Positions 58,550-64,000 of a stretch of 64,000 bases of DNA are shown here, piece after piece. Position 1 is the first letter of the stretch. Every line of letters begins with the position of its first letter. Source of the stretch: a virus (taxonomy: Duplodnaviria; Caudoviricetes); IMG/VR virus record IMGVR_UViG_3300033074_000233, positions 64,001-128,000 of that record. One strand, 5' to 3'. A program made the position numbers and the translations under genes. A model generated the notes under the pieces. It made no database searches, was not told where the DNA came from, and saw only the letters and a list, made by a program, of their open reading frames with translations.

Positions 58550-60961
58550 ATGAAAGAAGCCCTGGACATAACACTACATAACATCGTCCTCGTAAAGGAT
58601 GCTGTTCTTCCGCTAGACCGAAAGGGCGTCACGGTTATCCATGGGCACAACAAGGATGCCTCAGTTGGTAGTGCGCGTGACGTAAACGCCGCAGGCAAGA
58701 CCTTGATGGTTAAGGGATTTCCTGAACTTGTATTCGCCACTAACCCACTGACGCACGGAACGAAGACCAAGTCCAAGAAGGACCTGTTCACCAAGAAGGA
58801 CTCCTCTATTTCCATGCGCTTCCGTGAGCGCAACCACATCTATCGTTTCGAGAAGAAGGCCAAAGGTAAGTCCTTTGAGTACAAGATAGAAAAGGACGAA
58901 GTAGACATCGGTGTCAGAACCATCAAGTATCCAGACCAAAAAATCCGTTCGTTCTTCGGCATGTCGGAGGACGAGTTCTTTACTCTGTACTACATTGATA
59001 GCGGAAAGCCTTCTGCTCTCCAGTTTGGTTCTCCCACGAAGCGTTTGGAGTTCTTTACCAACCTGTTTCGTCTCAATAACTACGACGCTGTTCGGAAGTT
59101 GTTCAATGGACTGATGCGTGAGGCCAAGGACAGCAATGTGGCTCTCAAGGAAATCATGTCGCAGTTGGATATGATTCAGCGCGACTTGCCCAAGGAATCC
59201 GTTGAGGACCTAGACACTCAAATAGAGAGCCTGACGTGCAAAGCGGACAAGTATTCGCGTGAGTACGGAGAACTCCAGAACAAGGAGGCTCGCCTTCTGT
59301 TCGTAGTAGAGAACCAAGAAAACTACCAGCGTCTAATGAAGATCGTCAGCGATCTGGAGTTGGAAGTAGAAAACGGTGCTGACCTCGCGCACACGATCAA
59401 ATGGGCCAAAGCAAAACTTACACGCTACAAGGGCTCCGAGAAGGCAGCAGCGCAGCACAACGCATACAAAGCCGAACTGGAACGCTATGAGTCCAAGCGC
59501 ATAAAAATCATAGACGACCTGCGCGCTGCAGGTTGGAGCATAAAGCCACAGGCCACTATTGCCTATGCTGACTCTTTGAGCAAGTATCGGAAGCGGGGCC
59601 AGGAACTTCAGGCCAGACTGGAGGAGTTGACTGAACAAGTCAAGGACCTGCCGAAGAAGCCTAAGATAGATGACTACCTGTACACACAGGGTCAGGTTAT
59701 TCTCAAGCGTCTCAAACTGAATCCAGAAGACGCCATTGAAAAACTGGCCTCCGAGAAGTCCAAGATCGTAACCAAGCGGGAAGAACTGGATGAGCAGATC
59801 AATGTCCTTAAGAAACTGAAGGACTGCGCTGAATGTCCTACGTGCCGTCAGGGCCTCAGTAAGAAGGCTACAAAGGCTTTGATAGAAGAACTGGCTGCTA
59901 CCTACGATACCCTTGGTCAGCACATTGACAAGGCTACCCATGAACTGAAGGCAGCAAAGTATTACTCCAACAACGAGCCTGACGTTACAGCCTATGGTCA
60001 GACAGTAGACAAGGACTACAAACTCGGCAACAAGATAGCCCAAGTTCATGGAGACATACGCGACCACGAAGGCCGTGCCGAGAAGTACAAAAAGATAGAA
60101 GCCTTCTTAAACAAGTTCAACCTGCTTACCACAATGGAGCGTCCTGAAAAGCCGGACGTTGAGATTGGTGACTATGATCCAGATCGCGTTGAGAAACTGA
60201 CGCAGTTCATTTCCGTAGCGGAGATCATGTCGTCAGGCTTTGACCGTATCCATGAGGTAGATTTTAAGGCAGCCAAGGTGGAATTGAAAGAGGTAAGACG
60301 TACCCGTGAGGAGTACGTTTCCAAGATCAACAAGTACACGACCAAGATTCCGTCGCTGGTAGCCAAGAGAGAACTTGCAACGAAACTAACTCAGCAGCGT
60401 AAGCACCTGCTGGAGAAGCATAAGAACCTCAAGGAAACGGTAGACGACATTCCGATCATCGAAATGTTGATCGAGGCCTACTCCAACAAGGGAATCAAAC
60501 TGCTCCTGATCAAACAGATTGCGGCTATCATCGAGCGCAACATGAACCAGTATGTTCCGTTGCTCTACACGGAGCCTACCAAGTTTTACTTCGAGGTAAT
60601 TGATGAACGGAACTTCAACATCCTCATCGAACGCAAGCAGCAAGGTCAAAAAACTGTTGCGGACGTTAGGACGTTATCAGGTGCAGAGCGCAGGGCGTTT
60701 ACGTTCCTACTTCCTCTGGCTGTGATGCCTTTGATACCACACGAACGTCGCTTGAACGTGATGATACTGGACGAGCCAACGGTTAACATGGGCAAGAATC
60801 GTGTTGACCTGTTTACACGCAGTTTCATTCCGAAGTTGAACACTGTGATACCGCACATTGTGATCGTTACGCCGCAGATGGAGCACTATGCGAATGCGGT
60901 TACTTACCTAGTAACCAAGCACAAAGGAGTGGCGACACTAACCAAGACAGGAGAACACTAA
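58550..60961 (+). CDS. Rad50/SbcC-like ATPase
   Basis: AAGKT, coiled coil, CPTC hook, LSGAE, ILDEP. Confidence 0.92.
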   Translation: MKEALDITLHNIVLVKDAVLPLDRKGVTVIHGHNKDASVGSARDVNAAGKTLMVKGFPELVFATNPLTHGTKTKSKKDLFTKKDSSISMRFRERNHIYRFEKKAKGKSFEYKIEKDEVDIGVRTIKYPDQKIRSFFGMSEDEFFTLYYIDSGKPSALQFGSPTKRLEFFTNLFRLNNYDAVRKLFNGLMREAKDSNVALKEIMSQLDMIQRDLPKESVEDLDTQIESLTCKADKYSREYGELQNKEARLLFVVENQENYQRLMKIVSDLELEVENGADLAHTIKWAKAKLTRYKGSEKAAAQHNAYKAELERYESKRIKIIDDLRAAGWSIKPQATIAYADSLSKYRKRGQELQARLEELTEQVKDLPKKPKIDDYLYTQGQVILKRLKLNPEDAIEKLASEKSKIVTKREELDEQINVLKKLKDCAECPTCRQGLSKKATKALIEELAATYDTLGQHIDKATHELKAAKYYSNNEPDVTAYGQTVDKDYKLGNKIAQVHGDIRDHEGRAEKYKKIEAFLNKFNLLTTMERPEKPDVEIGDYDPDRVEKLTQFISVAEIMSSGFDRIHEVDFKAAKVELKEVRRTREEYVSKINKYTTKIPSLVAKRELATKLTQQRKHLLEKHKNLKETVDDIPIIEMLIEAYSNKGIKLLLIKQIAAIIERNMNQYVPLLYTEPTKFYFEVIDERNFNILIERKQQGQKTVADVRTLSGAERRAFTFLLPLAVMPLIPHERRLNVMILDEPTVNMGKNRVDLFTRSFIPKLNTVIPHIVIVTPQMEHYANAVTYLVTKHKGVATLTKTGEH

Positions 60962-61770
60962 TGCGGGCCCTGTATGGACTCGGTAATCACAGCATTTTCC
61001 ACGTCCAGAGAACATTGAAAGCCCATAGTAAGGAACTGCGTTTGCAGACGTTGGGAATCAGCGCAAGCGTAAAACCTAACGCGGAAGTGATCCTGGTTCC
61101 TACTGTGAGTAATTTCATTCGCAAGCGTAAGGACCTGTTGTCTTCTGACGCTATTGTGATCGTGTTTGATACACCCGTGCTCATGGCCACTCTGGAGCCA
61201 CTTGAGATACTGGATGCAAAGAAACTAGGACCTTTAAGGTACTCATTCACTACCCTGTCAAAGGAGACTTTGCTCGCAAAAATACAAACAACAGGTAGCG
61301 TAGATGTGGTTAGATCAGAGGTGGACGTTATCTCAAGCCTTCTGGATTCGACCGCGCCTTCGATTATGAAACCGATACTGTCGTTTCTATATTCAATACC
61401 AAACGCTGAGAAGCGAATTGACTATAGATTTCAACTACTTAGGTACTTGACCAATCCGAAACTTTCACGCAAGGACCTAAGAAAGAGTCTAATTGCATTA
61501 TCACGCCAGAAGGGCTCGTCCTCCAGCGTGGACGACCTCCTAGAGTTTTTTGCTACCGATCAGGTAATCAATACTCGCACAGTTCTAGGCCTTATTCGTA
61601 AGGCTAAGAAATCGGGTAAAGCGCCAAAAGTGGACCGACTGTGTGAGAAGCAAAAGGTCAGTGCTTTCGATGTTAAGTACATCCAGAAGGCATATGCCAG
61701 TGATAAAAAACACGTCGTTGTATGTGAGGAAGAACGCTCTACCGAACGGACGAAAAAGTCACGTTCCTAA
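60961..61770 (+). CDS. Hypothetical protein
   Basis: TAATG coupling, AGGAG RBS. Confidence 0.65.
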   Translation: MRALYGLGNHSIFHVQRTLKAHSKELRLQTLGISASVKPNAEVILVPTVSNFIRKRKDLLSSDAIVIVFDTPVLMATLEPLEILDAKKLGPLRYSFTTLSKETLLAKIQTTGSVDVVRSEVDVISSLLDSTAPSIMKPILSFLYSIPNAEKRIDYRFQLLRYLTNPKLSRKDLRKSLIALSRQKGSSSSVDDLLEFFATDQVINTRTVLGLIRKAKKSGKAPKVDRLCEKQKVSAFDVKYIQKAYASDKKHVVVCEEERSTERTKKSRS

Positions 61771-61815
61771 TTCGGCCTAACAGGCAGTAATACAACCAAC
61801 AGAGAGAGAAGTAAA

Positions 61816-64000
61816 ATGTCACTTGACCAGTATCAGAGTTACATTCATATTTCCCGTTATGCCAGATGGGACGAAGACAAAGGCCGCCGTGAAACTTGGG
61901 GCGAGACCGTTGACCGTTGGTGCACGTTCTTCGACAACCGCTTTGAGAAGGCGCATTCCGATTACATCTGGAACGTGATCCGTCCAGCAATCTTCAATCT
62001 TGAAGTGATGCCGTCGATGCGAGCCTTGATGACAGCAGGTCCTGCGCTGGAGCGTGAGAACCTTGCTGGTTACAACTGCGCCTACTTGGCCGTTAACAAC
62101 AAGCGTTCGTTCAGCGAAACCTTGTATGTACTCATGTGTGGCACAGGTGTAGGCTTCTCCTGTGAGCGTCAGGAAGTGAACAAACTGCCTGAAGTCCCTG
62201 AGAAGTTCTCGCCAAGCGATGACACCATCGTGGTAGAAGACTCGAAAGAAGGTTGGGCTAAAGCCTACCGCAAATTAGTATCGTCTTTGTACGAAGGCGA
62301 TATTCCTAACATCGACTACAGCAAGGTACGTCCTGCTGGTGCTCGCCTCAAAACCTTCGGTGGTCGTGCCTCTGGCCCGGAGCCGTTGAAGCGTCTGTTC
62401 ACGTTCACGACCAATGTGTTCCGCAAGGCTGCTGGCCGTAAACTGCAATCCATCGAAGTGCATGACATTATGTGCATGATCGGTGACGTTGTTGTAGTTG
62501 GTGGTGTACGCCGCAGTGCTCTTATCTCCTTGTCCAACCTATCTGACATGCGTATGCGTGATGCCAAGTCGGGTGACTGGAGACAAGTAACACCGTGGCG
62601 CGAACTCTCCAACAACTCGGCTACGTACACGGAGAAGCCATCTGCGTCAGTGTTCCTTGAGGAGTGGGTATCGCTGATTAAGTCCTACTCTGGTGAACGT
62701 GGTATCTTCAACCGTGAAGCCGCGCAGAAGCAGGCATCACGTTGGGGTCGTCGTAGTGCAGACCTGTCATACGGCTGCAATCCCTGCTGCTTTACAGGGG
62801 AAACTAAGGTATCAGTACCAGGTGACGAACACGCTATTACAATTAAGGACTTGGCAGAATATAGCGGGGGCGTAAAAAAGTTCCTTGTTTATTCTGCTGC
62901 TTTTACAGAACAGGGTTATTGGACGCCTCAAGTAAAATCTGCTATTGCTAGAGATACTGGGGAAAAGCTCGTTCACGAGGTAGTTCTATCTGACGGTAGC
63001 ACGTTTAGATCCACGGACGATCACTTACTTGCTAAAAAGGCTGGTGGTTACGTGATGGTTAAGGACTCTATTGGAGTTAGTCTTCAGGCTATTATGCCAG
63101 GTAGTGACGTAAGTGTTGTGTCTGTTACGGAACTTGGAATAGAAAAGATTTATGATCTACAGGTAGAGGATAACGAAAACTTCTACATTGTCACTAAGTC
63201 TTCTAAAGCCCCAAGAGAAACATCCCTTGGCATCCTCGTCCACAACAGCGAAATCATCCTGCGCGACAAGCAACTGTGCAACCTGTCTGAGGTAATCATC
63301 CGTCAGCACGATACGCTGGATGACCTGAAGCGCAAGATCGAAATTGCAACTGTGATCGGTACCTTCCAAGCAACGCTGACCAACTTCAAGTTCGTTAGTG
63401 ATTCGTGGAAGAAGAACACCGAAGAAGAGCGTCTGCTTGGCGTTTCGCTGACCGGCATCTTCGACAACCGCCTTACGTCCGGCCTTGAAGGTGTAACCGT
63501 ACTGCGTAACGCACTCAAGGAACTGCGTGACCATGCTCGCGTTGTAAACAAGGAGTGGGCTGACAAACTGGACATACCTGAGTCGGCTGCTATCACCTGT
63601 GTTAAGCCAAGTGGTACTGTTTCGCAACTGTGTGACACGGCCTCTGGCATTCACCCACGCTGGAGTCGTTTCTACATTCGCACGTGCCGTCTGGACAAGA
63701 AGGACCCTGTCTATCGACTCATGAAGGATCGTGGCTTCTACATGGAAGACGCCATGATGAAAGAGGAGACGACAGCAGTAGGTTACTTCCCGACTGAGGC
63801 TCCTGCGTTTGGCGTCACCCGTGAGAAACTGACGGCTCTTGAGCACTTGAAGATGTGGCTTATCTACCAGCAAGACTGGTGTGAGCACAAGCCATCAGTT
63901 ACCATCAACGTGAAGGAGAGTGAGTGGCCTGAAGTTGCTGGCTGGGTGTACAACCACTTCGATGAGATCAGCGGCATTGCGTTCCTGCCGTATGACGATC
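61816..64000 (+). CDS. nrdJ: Class II (B12-dependent) ribonucleotide reductase with intein, partial
   Basis: Manual translation: SRYARW..RRETW, MPSMR, YNCA, GTGVGFS, GGVRRSA, NPC|SE, CNL, TCVKPSGT, WCEHKPS. Confidence 0.9.
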   Translation, partial: MSLDQYQSYIHISRYARWDEDKGRRETWGETVDRWCTFFDNRFEKAHSDYIWNVIRPAIFNLEVMPSMRALMTAGPALERENLAGYNCAYLAVNNKRSFSETLYVLMCGTGVGFSCERQEVNKLPEVPEKFSPSDDTIVVEDSKEGWAKAYRKLVSSLYEGDIPNIDYSKVRPAGARLKTFGGRASGPEPLKRLFTFTTNVFRKAAGRKLQSIEVHDIMCMIGDVVVVGGVRRSALISLSNLSDMRMRDAKSGDWRQVTPWRELSNNSATYTEKPSASVFLEEWVSLIKSYSGERGIFNREAAQKQASRWGRRSADLSYGCNPCCFTGETKVSVPGDEHAITIKDLAEYSGGVKKFLVYSAAFTEQGYWTPQVKSAIARDTGEKLVHEVVLSDGSTFRSTDDHLLAKKAGGYVMVKDSIGVSLQAIMPGSDVSVVSVTELGIEKIYDLQVEDNENFYIVTKSSKAPRETSLGILVHNSEIILRDKQLCNLSEVIIRQHDTLDDLKRKIEIATVIGTFQATLTNFKFVSDSWKKNTEEERLLGVSLTGIFDNRLTSGLEGVTVLRNALKELRDHARVVNKEWADKLDIPESAAITCVKPSGTVSQLCDTASGIHPRWSRFYIRTCRLDKKDPVYRLMKDRGFYMEDAMMKEETTAVGYFPTEAPAFGVTREKLTALEHLKMWLIYQQDWCEHKPSVTINVKESEWPEVAGWVYNHFDEISGIAFLPYDD
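62788..63246 (+). mobile_element. Mini-intein (153 aa, no endonuclease) at RNR active site
   Basis: NPC|CFTGET...TDDH...IYDLQV...LVHN|SEI. Confidence 0.9.

Noticed and set aside
1-64000. Stop-codon reassignment, tRNA or rRNA genes
   Set aside because: Genes tile densely under the standard code and use all three stops; no cloverleaf or rRNA recognised by eye (tRNAscan-SE not run)

Overview
64 kb slice of a large (jumbo-type) tailed dsDNA phage genome, standard genetic code. The host is probably Gram-negative (lipoprotein spanin, SLT endolysin). From recall, gene content resembles RSL1/PaBG/Lu11-like myoviruses (not verified). Layout: 1-7.9 kb (-) head/neck genes including the major capsid protein, plus a GIY-YIG homing endonuclease that supplies a recoded copy of its host gene's 3' end. 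8.3-9.8 kb HUH-Rep island and a sigma70 promoter. 9.8-23 kb early/middle genes (histone-like proteins, type IIA topoisomerase, Acb1, sigma-like factor). 23-25.6 kb (-) RuvC operon. 25.8-39.8 kb late/lysis region (holin-like + PAS-PAS sensor, holin, SLT, spanins, topoisomerase IB, and a family of proteins sharing an MKHIE..RL leader). 39.8-64 kb replication and DNA modification (primase, Cas4-like nuclease, ParB-Dcm-DUF1611-AsnB-like-CmoA cluster, SWIM+intein, sigma, SSB, HNH, RecA+intein, Mre11/Rad50, DnaX, class II RNR+mini-intein). Best leads: (1) a carboxymethyl-cytosine hypermodification operon with an extra DUF1611 enzyme; (2) stand-alone fragments of capsid and tail-sheath (possibly portal) proteins among replication genes, candidate immune decoys; (3) a shared N-terminal leader marking putative capsid-packaged cargo; (4) a holin-like gene coupled to an output-less tandem PAS protein. 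All assignments are by-eye motif recognition; no database searches were run.
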